Assembly: GCA_963716395.1 (NCBI GenBank) | Contig: OY970309.1 | Span: 1,664,001 to 1,728,000, forward strand | Reading direction: 5' to 3' | Length of the DNA: 64,000 bases | Origin: an uncultured Fibrobacteria bacterium | Lineage (GTDB): Bacteria > Fibrobacterota > Fibrobacteria > UBA11236 | Shown here: positions 9,270-17,602 of the stretch, in pieces | Layout of the letters: each line of letters opens with the position of its first letter | Position numbering within the stretch: the stretch's first letter is position 1 | Made by a program: the position numbers and the translations under genes | The notes under the pieces: model-generated | Databases searched by the model: none | Seen by the model: the letters and a program-made list of their open reading frames with translations, nothing else | Told to the model about the DNA's origin: nothing

Positions 9270-10415
9270 ATGTACCGTCGACTTCTGGTTCTTTCTCTGT
9301 TTCCCTTGGGGTTTCACATGCACAATGATCACCACGCTGACCTGGACAGCCTGCTCAAAGACGTGCCCGCATTCAATCGGCGTTTTGCATCGACCGTACT
9401 GGAGGTGGGGGACGACCATTGGCCGGATTACGCCGTGACGGGAATGGAACTCCGTGGGGCGCGTTTCTCGGGGACCGAATTCTCGGGAAGCCGGATTTCC
9501 CAATCGAAATTCTCGGATTGCCGGTTCCAAGACGTGGCGTTTACTGCCGCCGAACTGCAAGACGTCGAATTCGACCGCTGCCGATTCGAGCACTGCGTTT
9601 TCACGGCTGCGAAGGTGTCGAATTGTCGGTTTCGGGGCGGGGATTTCAGCGAAACGGTTTTGCAATTCGAAAAAGACAGCCCCCATTGGACCATCGTGGA
9701 AAATTCGAAATTCGACAGCGTGCGCTTTGCCGGATTGCATCTGAACAAAGCGAATTTTAGCAACTCCTTTTTTCAAAAGGACACGTTCGAAGACATCGAC
9801 TACGAAGACGCGCTGTTTTCCAAATGTTCGTTCCAAGCGCCGCGCTTTGCCGGAAAAGATTTCTCCAATGTCCAGTTCACCGAATGCCTTTTGGAACATC
9901 CCGTTTACCAAGGCCCGAAACTGCAAAAGGCGGCGTATGCAAAAACGGTGATTATTGGAGTCCAATTGGCGCCGGAGTCGAACTGGAGCGAACGGAATTT
10001 CGGAGTGCTGGGTGTCGTGTTCAAAAATTCGACGTTTGATTTATCCAAGTTGCGCGGAAACTTCGGATTGAACGGCGGCGAAGATTGCACGATCGAGAAT
10101 TTCGATTCCGAAGGTTCGTTCGGGTTGAGCGGGGTTTACACCCGTGTTATGATCAAAAACATTCGTGCCAGGCGGCTTGATCTGGATCACGGCACGGTGT
10201 GCAAGCAGGTCCGCTTTGAAGAGGTCGAAGCCCGCGACGTGTACTTGGATAAGTCGCAATTCACGGATTGCATGTTCCGAAATTTTACGGCCGGGAAATT
10301 CATGCGCGCCGACAGCGCCACGTTTGAAAACGTGCGCTGGGAAAACGCCAAGTTGGGCGCGGGTGCGGTCTTTTCCGCCAAAGGCACCATTTACGAACAG
10401 CACCCTCCGTTTTAA
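9270..10415 (+). CDS. Pentapeptide-repeat protein, possibly exported
   Basis: Regular xFxxx repeats (ARFSG TEFSG SRISQ SKFSD CRFQD VAFTA). Probable start ATG at 9270 (MYRRLLVLSLFPLG), 10 nt after the previous stop. Confidence 0.85.
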   Translation: MYRRLLVLSLFPLGFHMHNDHHADLDSLLKDVPAFNRRFASTVLEVGDDHWPDYAVTGMELRGARFSGTEFSGSRISQSKFSDCRFQDVAFTAAELQDVEFDRCRFEHCVFTAAKVSNCRFRGGDFSETVLQFEKDSPHWTIVENSKFDSVRFAGLHLNKANFSNSFFQKDTFEDIDYEDALFSKCSFQAPRFAGKDFSNVQFTECLLEHPVYQGPKLQKAAYAKTVIIGVQLAPESNWSERNFGVLGVVFKNSTFDLSKLRGNFGLNGGEDCTIENFDSEGSFGLSGVYTRVMIKNIRARRLDLDHGTVCKQVRFEEVEARDVYLDKSQFTDCMFRNFTAGKFMRADSATFENVRWENAKLGAGAVFSAKGTIYEQHPPF

Positions 10416-10442
10416 GTCGGTGGCCGCTCCCGGCGGGTTGCC

Positions 10443-11339
10443 TCAACGAAGCAAATCGGCAATCGCGCTTTCGTCAACGTGGTACATGCCCGGCTTGGTT
10501 TTCGGCACTTCGATTTGCCCGTCGGCGGGGATGACGTATTCTTTTTTTTCGCCGTCGGGCGCGGTGACCGAAATTTTCTTGCCCGCGAATTTTCCCGCTG
10601 TTCCCGGAGAAAATTCATAGATGAGCAGCATTGCCTGCACGGCGGGTACTGCATTTGACTTCGCCGTCACGCCCCAAAGCTCCAAGGTGAACACGAATGC
10701 GGGGTGGTAGTACTTCCCGCCGTGTTTATCCAAATCGCTTTGGGTCAGGATTTCTTTCACGTCTTTGGGAAAGGGTTTGTTCCAGGTGAATTGAATTTTG
10801 CCTTTTTGCACTTCGGCCCGGGTGGAAAGCACGCGCAAGACGTTGTGTTCATCAGCTTGGAAAAGCACGAGAGCGCTCACCGTGGCGCCCGCAGGCGCGC
10901 CCTCGACCGAGGCTTGGCATAATACCGCTTCGCCGTCCTGTACTTCTTTCAATTCGGATTGTCCTTTTTCGTCCAGCCATTTCAAATTCTTGAATTGCAC
11001 CCCCGGCCCCACCTTGACCTTGGGCCCCACGGCTTTGACCGCATGCGCCTTGAGTTCGGCTTCGAAATACATGCCACCGGTTTTGTTGGGCTTGGTCACG
11101 GGATAAAGCGCGCGGAACAAATCGGAAACCACGTGCCCCTTCAGAGTTTCTACGACCTGGCCCTCGAGATCTTTGATGGTAACGTCGATTTCGGAGCCGT
11201 CGGCCACCCAATGCGTCCACACTTCCAACGGGATTTTCCCGCCTTGGGCCACGGCGTCGCGGCCCCAGCCCGTGCGCACAATCGAAGACGGCAGCTTGAG
11301 CTTCAAAACCTGATCGGTTTGGCCTTGGGATTTGGGCAT
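10443..11339 (-). CDS. N-module, Ig-like and TTR-like protein with no toxin domain (candidate adaptor/tether)
   Basis: Shared N-module. Ends right after ISVTAPDGEKKEYVIPADGQIEVPKTKPGMYHV, equivalent to the pre-linker domain of 4643-6229. Confidence 0.75.
   Translation of the reverse strand: MPKSQGQTDQVLKLKLPSSIVRTGWGRDAVAQGGKIPLEVWTHWVADGSEIDVTIKDLEGQVVETLKGHVVSDLFRALYPVTKPNKTGGMYFEAELKAHAVKAVGPKVKVGPGVQFKNLKWLDEKGQSELKEVQDGEAVLCQASVEGAPAGATVSALVLFQADEHNVLRVLSTRAEVQKGKIQFTWNKPFPKDVKEILTQSDLDKHGGKYYHPAFVFTLELWGVTAKSNAVPAVQAMLLIYEFSPGTAGKFAGKKISVTAPDGEKKEYVIPADGQIEVPKTKPGMYHVDESAIADLLR
11004..11339 (-). repeat. N-module copy 2
   Basis: Long stretches identical to 5894-6229. Confidence 0.95.
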
Positions 11340-11347
11340 GGTTGAAA

Positions 11348-11387
11348 GTTATAAACGACTGGGAATCGAGTTGTGATCTTGAACACC
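11348..11387 (-). promoter_or_regulatory. CRP/FNR-like box plus -10 element, copy 2
   Basis: Minus strand reads GGTGT-TCAAGA-TCACA, 18 nt, TATAAC, 8 nt, ATG. Confidence 0.65.
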
Positions 11388-11418
11388 AAGGCTTCATGAC
11401 CGGGGCTTGCAGGCTTGG

Positions 11419-11593
11419 GGGTACCTCTACTAATCGCATTCCGGCTGCGGCTCCGCCTGCGGCGGACGAAGGCCTCCGGCTTCGTTGTCCGCCGCAGGCG
11501 GAGCGATATTCAAGCCATATCGCCTTTCTCACGCGCCTTGCCGGCGGCCTTCTCGCTAGGCCTCGCTTACGAAAGCCGATTATTAGAGGTCCC
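11419..11593. mobile_element. MITE-like element (175 bp) with imperfect terminal inverted repeats and a 4-bp TTGG target duplication
   Basis: Left end GGGTACCTCTACTAATCG, right end CGATTATTAGAGGTCCC. TTGG occurs at 11415-11418 and 11594-11597. Long internal hairpin GCTCCGCCTGCGGCGGAC...GTCCGCCGCAGGCGGAGC; related copy at 32967. Confidence 0.7.
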
Positions 11594-11712
11594 TTGGACA
11601 AGCCAAAAGAAAAACTCACAGAGAGGGGGACCGATTCAAGCTGCAAGGTTTAATCCGATGGTTACCTGTCGTCATCAAGGAAAAGTTTGGAGATCGGAAA
11701 TTGCCGGGAGTA

Positions 11713-12939
11713 TCATTCCGTCGGCCAAGCGGGAGGTTCATCCAAATCATTGCGAGCGGGGAGAGGATCTGTTTGAGCTTCTACTTCCAAATCCGCAGGC
11801 ACCACATCCGCGCTGACCTGACTCCCTTCGGGCGAATGCAACAATGCGGTTGCATATTGAACGGCCTGTGGCCCGCTGCCGTTGTAATTTTGCCAAGCGG
11901 GGCGCGCCCAGTCTTTCCAGGTAATTCCAGCGGCGAAGTTATGCCTGAGCAGTCCTAAGAAAAGATTCATGCCCAGGTCGACATTCGCCGTCCAATCCCA
12001 AGCTATGGCCCCGGGGATCGTGCGCGCGCCGACTTTTGTGTATTGCGAAATACCCACGCCGAAATCGAAAGTCGCCAAGGGGAAATGCGGCGGATCATCC
12101 GGCCAATCGAAGACCACATGACAATCCGGTTGCGTCGGGTCGTTTTGATGATGGCGTTGGGTGAAATTCATGGCGGCACGTGTCTGCGCGTCGTTTTTGA
12201 ATTGAGTAAAAGCGGATTCGTGGGCGAAAACGGCGCGTACCATATGGCGGATATTTTCATTCCGATCGGACAGGGCGTCATCGACATGCCGGAGCACGGC
12301 GGCTGAACCGGGGTTCGCGCCTCCGATGCGCATGTGTACGAAATCAAGCAGCGGCGGGCTCACGCGCCCGGGGTTCGCGGACAGGGAGAGAATGGCGTGC
12401 CCCCCCAAAACCGGCGACCCGGGATCCATTGAGTTATAAGTGCATTGCAAATCTTCATTGGACACGTCATCGAATAGAACGAAGTCATTTTTGCCGCTCC
12501 AACCCTACCACTCCAAATTAAAGATTTCGCAGGCCCCGCCGTACCGATAATGCCCGTGGTTTGTGTGGCGGCACAGCACATGACGGCATTGCAATCGCCA
12601 TTGGATGGGAAACTCCGTGGGATCGAATCCCGACACTTCGCATTCCACATGCAACTTTGGCATGCGCGGGTCTTCGGTAAGGCTGAACACGTTCCGATTG
12701 AATGTGGAACGCCGTGGAACGTCATTTTCATGATAGCCCGGCGGGTCGGCGGCGTCCAAATTCGTGATGCGAAGCCCGAACACCCCATCGGCGGCAATTT
12801 GATGCGTCGCGCCCGTTGCGAATCGGGTGTTTCGGGCGGCCGGCGAAAGGCTTCCCTGGTTTCTAAACGGCAACGCCAAACCGTCATTGCTGCCGCTGAA
12901 ATTGTTATCGAGAAGATGCCAATCCGGAGTGTGCGCCAT
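11713..12939 (-). pseudogene. Lysozyme/SLT-like protein (~408 aa) interrupted by one in-frame TAG at 12505-12507
   Basis: ORFs 12505-12939 and 11713-12465 share a frame and read ...NLEW*GWSGKNDFVLFDDVSNEDL.... C-terminal motifs AVFAHES, GVGISQ, WDWTANVDLG and YNGSGPQAVQYA are SLT-like. Confidence 0.7.
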
Positions 12940-12940
12940 G

Positions 12941-13492
12941 TCAGTTCCGGGGACAATGGAACGAGTAGGTGGCGTTGCCTTCGCAGGGGTTGGCTTCGGA
13001 ACGGCATTTCCATTCGCAATCGATCTCCAAGGTGTCTACTGCGCCGGAAGCCGTGAAAGCAAGGCCCGTGACCTGGCAGATGGAATTGCCGGGCAGTTCT
13101 TGGGCGGGCTGCCAACCTTCTTTTCCTTTCGTCAAGCCCGCGCGCTTTGCGCCTTGATGCATCCAGTCCGCGGATGGATCTCCGGAGCATTTCAACGAGT
13201 CGAGTTGCCAATCAATGCTTGGGAATTTTTTACCGGAAGGCGGCGTTTGCCGGATTCGGGCGCGGCCACGGCATTGATAAGACGCGTCGTCGAGGAAAGC
13301 CTTTACCGAATAAATGCAAAGCCGCGAAATCGAGTCCGCCGGCGGCGCCGCTTCTTTGGCGGTGGATGAATGGATGGAGTCGGCAGCGCCATTTTTTATG
13401 GGCCATGGTTTTTCCGCGGACGAGATGCCCAGGCAGGCGATATACGCCAAAATGAGCGCACGGCAAATCCGTGAAAAAAGGATGGATGCCAT
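12941..13492 (-). CDS. Exported Cys-rich hypothetical protein (candidate immunity)
   Basis: Signal peptide (ALILAYIACLGISSA); stop lies 1 nt before the start of the lysozyme-like gene. Confidence 0.55.
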   Translation of the reverse strand: MASILFSRICRALILAYIACLGISSAEKPWPIKNGAADSIHSSTAKEAAPPADSISRLCIYSVKAFLDDASYQCRGRARIRQTPPSGKKFPSIDWQLDSLKCSGDPSADWMHQGAKRAGLTKGKEGWQPAQELPGNSICQVTGLAFTASGAVDTLEIDCEWKCRSEANPCEGNATYSFHCPRN

Positions 13493-13505
13493 ATCACGAA
13501 AGATA

Positions 13506-14378
13506 TCAGTTATCGGAAAAACCTTTAAATAGAACGGGTCCCGGAACGGCAGTCTTCACATTGAGGTACCCGTCTTCCGGAACGGAAATTTCTTTTTTGG
13601 TTCCGTCGGGGAATTCAAATATTGCTTTGCGCGCCATTTTACGCTTTTGCGCCGGACCAAAATTAAAAGCAATCCAGGAATTCAACTTCAACTCCTGAGA
13701 CATTTTCTTGACGCCCAAGTGAAAGGCTTCGAACGAATAAACCGGTTGAAAATAATCCAGCCCGTATTTTGAGACATCATGGTCCGTGGGGATATCCTCG
13801 AATTTACCTGGGAAAGAAACCTTCCAATCCACGCGGACCTGCCCCGATTCGATCTCGACAGAAAAGGATTTGAATGAAGCCGGGCGGTGTTCTTGCGTGC
13901 GGCAAAAAAGTGAAAGGGCGGCGCGATCGCCTTCCTGAGCGCCTTTGATTTGGGCCGTTAATTCAACCTTGGCCCCTGCGGCAATTTCGGAAACCTCTTT
14001 CCCCTTCTCGTCGACCCATTTCAAATCGCTCCATTGCACCGCCGGCCATACCTTGACCTTGGGTCCCACGGCCTTGATCGAATGCTCATGGAGTTCGGCT
14101 TCGAAATACATGCCGCCGGTTTTGTTGGGCTTGGTCACCGGATACAACACGCGGAACAAATCGGAAACCATGTGCCCCTTCACGGTTTCCACGATCTGGC
14201 CTTCGAGATCTTTAATGGCGATGTCAATCTCAGATCTATCGGCCACCCAATGCGTCCACACTTCCAACGGGATTTTCCCGCCTTGGGCCACGGCGTCGCG
14301 GCCCCAGCCCGTGCGCACAATCGAAGACGGCAGCTTGAGCTTCAAAACCTGATCGGTTTGGCCTTGGGTTTTGGGCAT
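13506..14378 (-). CDS. N-module, Ig-like and TTR-like protein with no toxin domain (candidate adaptor/tether)
   Basis: Shared N-module; ends at AIFEFPDGTKKEISVPEDGYLNVKTAVPGPVLFKGF. Confidence 0.75.
   Translation of the reverse strand: MPKTQGQTDQVLKLKLPSSIVRTGWGRDAVAQGGKIPLEVWTHWVADRSEIDIAIKDLEGQIVETVKGHMVSDLFRVLYPVTKPNKTGGMYFEAELHEHSIKAVGPKVKVWPAVQWSDLKWVDEKGKEVSEIAAGAKVELTAQIKGAQEGDRAALSLFCRTQEHRPASFKSFSVEIESGQVRVDWKVSFPGKFEDIPTDHDVSKYGLDYFQPVYSFEAFHLGVKKMSQELKLNSWIAFNFGPAQKRKMARKAIFEFPDGTKKEISVPEDGYLNVKTAVPGPVLFKGFSDN
14043..14378 (-). repeat. N-module copy 3
   Basis: Same sequence as copies 1 and 2 with more substitutions. Confidence 0.95.
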
Positions 14379-14386
14379 GGGCTAAA

Positions 14387-14427
14387 GTTATAAACCGGGC
14401 TCGGACCGGGTTGTGATCGCCGACACC
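14387..14427 (-). promoter_or_regulatory. CRP/FNR-like box plus -10 element, copy 3
   Basis: Minus strand reads GGTGT-CGGCGA-TCACA, 19 nt, TATAAC, 8 nt, ATG. Confidence 0.65.
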
Positions 14428-14572
14428 AGTCCCCTGGCCCGTGGGCTTAATGCATCGTAGGAACCATCCCATTTTCAAATCTGCGAATGGAACAATACGG
14501 GCTGAAAAAATGCGAACGAAGAGGTTACCTCGGATGGCACGCCGCTGAGAGCGGAAGCCTCCGAGGCGGACT

Positions 14573-15793
14573 TTAAATCTTCGGGTAGACGGCCTGGGCC
14601 GTCCCCTGGCGCGTTTGCACGCGCAGGCTGTAAAGACCCGGGCGTAATTCTCCGACGTCGATGAAATTGCGGCCCGTGCCATGCCACGAAGCGACACGAA
14701 CGCCTTGCATATCAAAAGCCTCCACCGTGAGAATTTCGGACGAAGCCTGAATGCGGCTGCCGCGGAAAGAGAAAATATTGCCCGCATTGGATTGCAGCGA
14801 GGCGATGCTGCTGACCCCTGAACAGGCCTTCGGGTTATTCTTGACGAAATAAGCGCGATAGGCGGTGTCGTTCTGGTTCATGCAACCCACCAGGTTCAGC
14901 ACTTCGATCTGGGCGAATTCGGTGGAAGTGCCTTCCATCTGGATGGAGATGTATCCGGAATCCACCGGTGTCGTATTACCGGGGCTGCTGGTGCTGGTTA
15001 CCTGGCCATAACGGGGGTGGGTGAAGTTAAAGACCGAATCCCAGGCCGTATCGGCGCGGCTGCGCACCCAGTAGGTGATGGAGGTGGAGTCCAGCACCCG
15101 TGCCATGGAATATTCCCAGATGTCTTTGCCCGGCCAGGTGGCGTTGGTCGAATTGGCGCCTTTCACTGAGGTGGTCGATGAATCGTATTGCAAGCTGTGG
15201 AACTTGGATTGGGTGCAATGATGGCCGGTACCGTCGGAATACCATTGACCGTTGACATCGGCCGATGAATTCACCAGGCATAGGTTCGAGGTGGTTGAAT
15301 TCGGGGGATTGCTTATGCCGGCACTCCAATATCCCAATAACTGGTCTTCGAAAGACTGAGGATAATCCTGACCCACGCTCATGGATTGGGGCGATTGGCA
15401 ATGCAGCATGACGCCGTTGTTTTGTACGGTCCAACTGCCGATATTGCAATTGCAGGCATAAGATTGGCGTGCGGGAAAATGGTATTGCGCCACTACGATA
15501 TAATCGGAATAGGGGATTTTATAGAAAAGATGCCCATATCCGTACGTTGAGGCATTGTAGTTCACCGTGTCGGTGACGATGAGCCGGGGCTGACCGTCGG
15601 GGGTTTCCGCATAGCTAAAACTGTGATAGGGATTTTGCCCCGCCGCCTGGCCTTGGATTTTGGGAATCCAGTCGCTGAGCGTGGAGTCGCCTTTCCTTAA
15701 CATTTGCACCCAGTTTGAATCGTTGGGCCCCGCGTAAAGGGCGGTGCAGGCCGATGCCAATATGCATACGAATGCGGGATACACGAGTCTCAT
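14573..15793 (-). CDS. DUF1080 (3-keto-disaccharide hydrolase-like) secreted protein with C-terminal sorting-like tail
   Basis: Motifs DWIPKIQG, YGHLFYKIPYSDY, NNGVMLHCQSPQSM..QDYPQSFEDQLLG and GYISIQMEG. Probable start 15793 with a signal peptide; tail AFDMQGVRVA..LRPGLYSLRV. Confidence 0.75.
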   Translation of the reverse strand: MRLVYPAFVCILASACTALYAGPNDSNWVQMLRKGDSTLSDWIPKIQGQAAGQNPYHSFSYAETPDGQPRLIVTDTVNYNASTYGYGHLFYKIPYSDYIVVAQYHFPARQSYACNCNIGSWTVQNNGVMLHCQSPQSMSVGQDYPQSFEDQLLGYWSAGISNPPNSTTSNLCLVNSSADVNGQWYSDGTGHHCTQSKFHSLQYDSSTTSVKGANSTNATWPGKDIWEYSMARVLDSTSITYWVRSRADTAWDSVFNFTHPRYGQVTSTSSPGNTTPVDSGYISIQMEGTSTEFAQIEVLNLVGCMNQNDTAYRAYFVKNNPKACSGVSSIASLQSNAGNIFSFRGSRIQASSEILTVEAFDMQGVRVASWHGTGRNFIDVGELRPGLYSLRVQTRQGTAQAVYPKI

Positions 15794-15987
15794 TTCCACC
15801 TCATCAAAAGTGCTGAATTTCAAATAAATATAGCGCCCGGGAAATTTTTCGGTGGGTAAAATCGCGACGCGGGAGAGATTGATTTTCATCGGAAAACCGG
15901 GTTCGGATGTTTCCCAAAATCGGTGCCATAAAAATCAAATCCGACCCTATTTTAACCTTGGGGAAAATTCGTGAGGGGAGGAGTCTA

Positions 15988-17013
15988 ATGAAAACTCTGC
16001 GACTTTCGGTTTTGGCGTTGTTGCTGCAAATGGGATTGGCCCAGGCGTTGAATCTGGGCGGAACCGATGTGCCCAAGGATCACATCGTGGTTTACATCCT
16101 GATCGGCCATTCCAATATGGCCGGAATCACGTACTCCAATACCGACAACACACCGTCGCCGAACGTGTGGAATTATCAATGGTTTTCGAACAAGCAATGG
16201 GTTGAGGCGAAGGAAGCTCCGGGCAGTGCATCCAACGGGCTTTCGCCCAACGGCGAAGGCGGCCCGGGAATGCCCTTTCTCAAAGGCCTGGCCGCGGCCC
16301 ACCCCGGCTATTATATCGGCGTGATTTCCAATGCCAGCCTGTCGGCCACGGTGCGCGGCGTTGATACCGGAATCAACACTTCCGGATTACCGGCCGACAG
16401 CAACCGTTATTTTAAGGGTGCGCATCTCTACAATCAAATCATGGGCGTGGCCCAATCTATTGAGGCCGATGTGACTTTCGGCGGCATTGTGTGCATGCTT
16501 GGCACCGTCGACGCCACGCGCACCAGCACCGCCACCTGCCAGAATTTCGCCAACGACGTCGACACCATGGTCACCGACATGCGCGCCGATTTGGGCTTGC
16601 CGAACCTGCCTTATCTCATGGGCGAATACGAGCATGGGGCCACCGGCAATTTCAGTTTGAGTTTGCCCTGGCCGCATCTGGTGGATTCCTGCATCAAGGC
16701 CTTGCCCTCGATGTTACCTCATTCCGCTACGGTCAACTCTGTGGGCATTCCCATGAAAGACGATCACCATTATACCTGGCCCGCGGGCGAAACCATGTTC
16801 GCCGATCGTGCGGATTCGTTGGTAGCCGCCAATAATTTTTTCACGCAGGTGACCACGGCCATCGCTCCATCACGGGAGGAGAAAACCGCTGCGGGCGCGC
16901 TTTCGCAATTGCATTTGCAACCCCAGGGTGAGATTTTATCGGTGTTGGAACCCGACGGCAATTCCCGCCTGTTCCGGGTAAATGGCAGCCGCTTGCCGGC
17001 TAGTGCGCCTTGA
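15988..17013 (+). CDS. SASA/CE6-like carbohydrate acetylesterase, secreted
   Basis: ILIGHSNMAG (variant of GQSNMxG), GPGMPF and DDHHY. RBS GGAGGAG before ATG 15988; signal peptide. Confidence 0.75.
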   Translation: MKTLRLSVLALLLQMGLAQALNLGGTDVPKDHIVVYILIGHSNMAGITYSNTDNTPSPNVWNYQWFSNKQWVEAKEAPGSASNGLSPNGEGGPGMPFLKGLAAAHPGYYIGVISNASLSATVRGVDTGINTSGLPADSNRYFKGAHLYNQIMGVAQSIEADVTFGGIVCMLGTVDATRTSTATCQNFANDVDTMVTDMRADLGLPNLPYLMGEYEHGATGNFSLSLPWPHLVDSCIKALPSMLPHSATVNSVGIPMKDDHHYTWPAGETMFADRADSLVAANNFFTQVTTAIAPSREEKTAAGALSQLHLQPQGEILSVLEPDGNSRLFRVNGSRLPASAP

Positions 17014-17479
17014 CGAAGAACGGGGCCGGCGTGGTCGATACCTTGTTCGAGTCTTCGGGGTGAACGTATTCCTGCACTCGCAACAGACAGGTGTCCCCGT
17101 CCATGGGCAGGTTCAACCCGCTGAAAGAAACCGTATCCGCGATTTTCCATTTGAAGGGTGAACTGCCCGGCGGCAGGGAACTCTGATTGAGGTAAACCCA
17201 ATACTTCCCGTTGTCGGGAGACAGTTCCACGTCGACCTCGCCCAGCGTTCCGTTCAAGTCGGATTTTCCCGTGGTGTCCCAGGTCACGGTCAGGGTGTCG
17301 CCGATATAAAAGATTTCGCCGCCTGTGGGGGAGGTGAGAAGCAATTGCTTGGTTCCGGTATACGGCGCGGGCCCGGTGCTGGAATCGCAACCGGCCAGAT
17401 TCAGCAGCCCGGCGCCGGCCGCCGCGATGGCGGCCACCGCGCCCCAGCGCCGGACGGAGTGGAAGTTGTGCTTTTTCAT
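17000..17479 (-). CDS. Lipoprotein with Ig-like (SPxGGE) domain
   Basis: Lipobox LAGC; TSPTGGEIFYIGDTLTVTW. Paralogous to 21884-22381. Confidence 0.7.
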   Translation of the reverse strand: MKKHNFHSVRRWGAVAAIAAAGAGLLNLAGCDSSTGPAPYTGTKQLLLTSPTGGEIFYIGDTLTVTWDTTGKSDLNGTLGEVDVELSPDNGKYWVYLNQSSLPPGSSPFKWKIADTVSFSGLNLPMDGDTCLLRVQEYVHPEDSNKVSTTPAPFFVKAH

Positions 17480-17602
17480 CGGCTCTCCCTTTTCATATTC
17501 AGCAAGTTCTGAAATTCCGTCTGCCGTCAGCCTATCCCGGCATTGGCCAATAAAGATAGGCCGCCCGGGGTCGCGCAGCCATGCGAATTTGCCAAGAAGC
17601 GG

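Noticed and set aside
12505-12507. Stop-codon reassignment or pyrrolysine readthrough
   Set aside because: It is a single case, TAG terminates normal genes here (for example ribF and 57342-58250), and no pyl genes are seen.
5894-14378. The three ~340-bp repeats as IS copies or a CRISPR-like array
   Set aside because: They are in-frame 5' gene modules with no TIRs, transposase or spacer structure.
1-14430. Prophage or a complete T6SS/eCIS structural locus
   Set aside because: No sheath, tube, baseplate, VgrG, PAAR, capsid, terminase or integrase gene is recognisable in the window.
14528-14570. Short similarity (CTGA(A)GAGCGGAAGCC) to about 25453-25470 and a TGGCAC half-site
   Set aside because: Too short, the hairpin registers differ, and there is no TTGC at -12; likely chance or a simple terminator.
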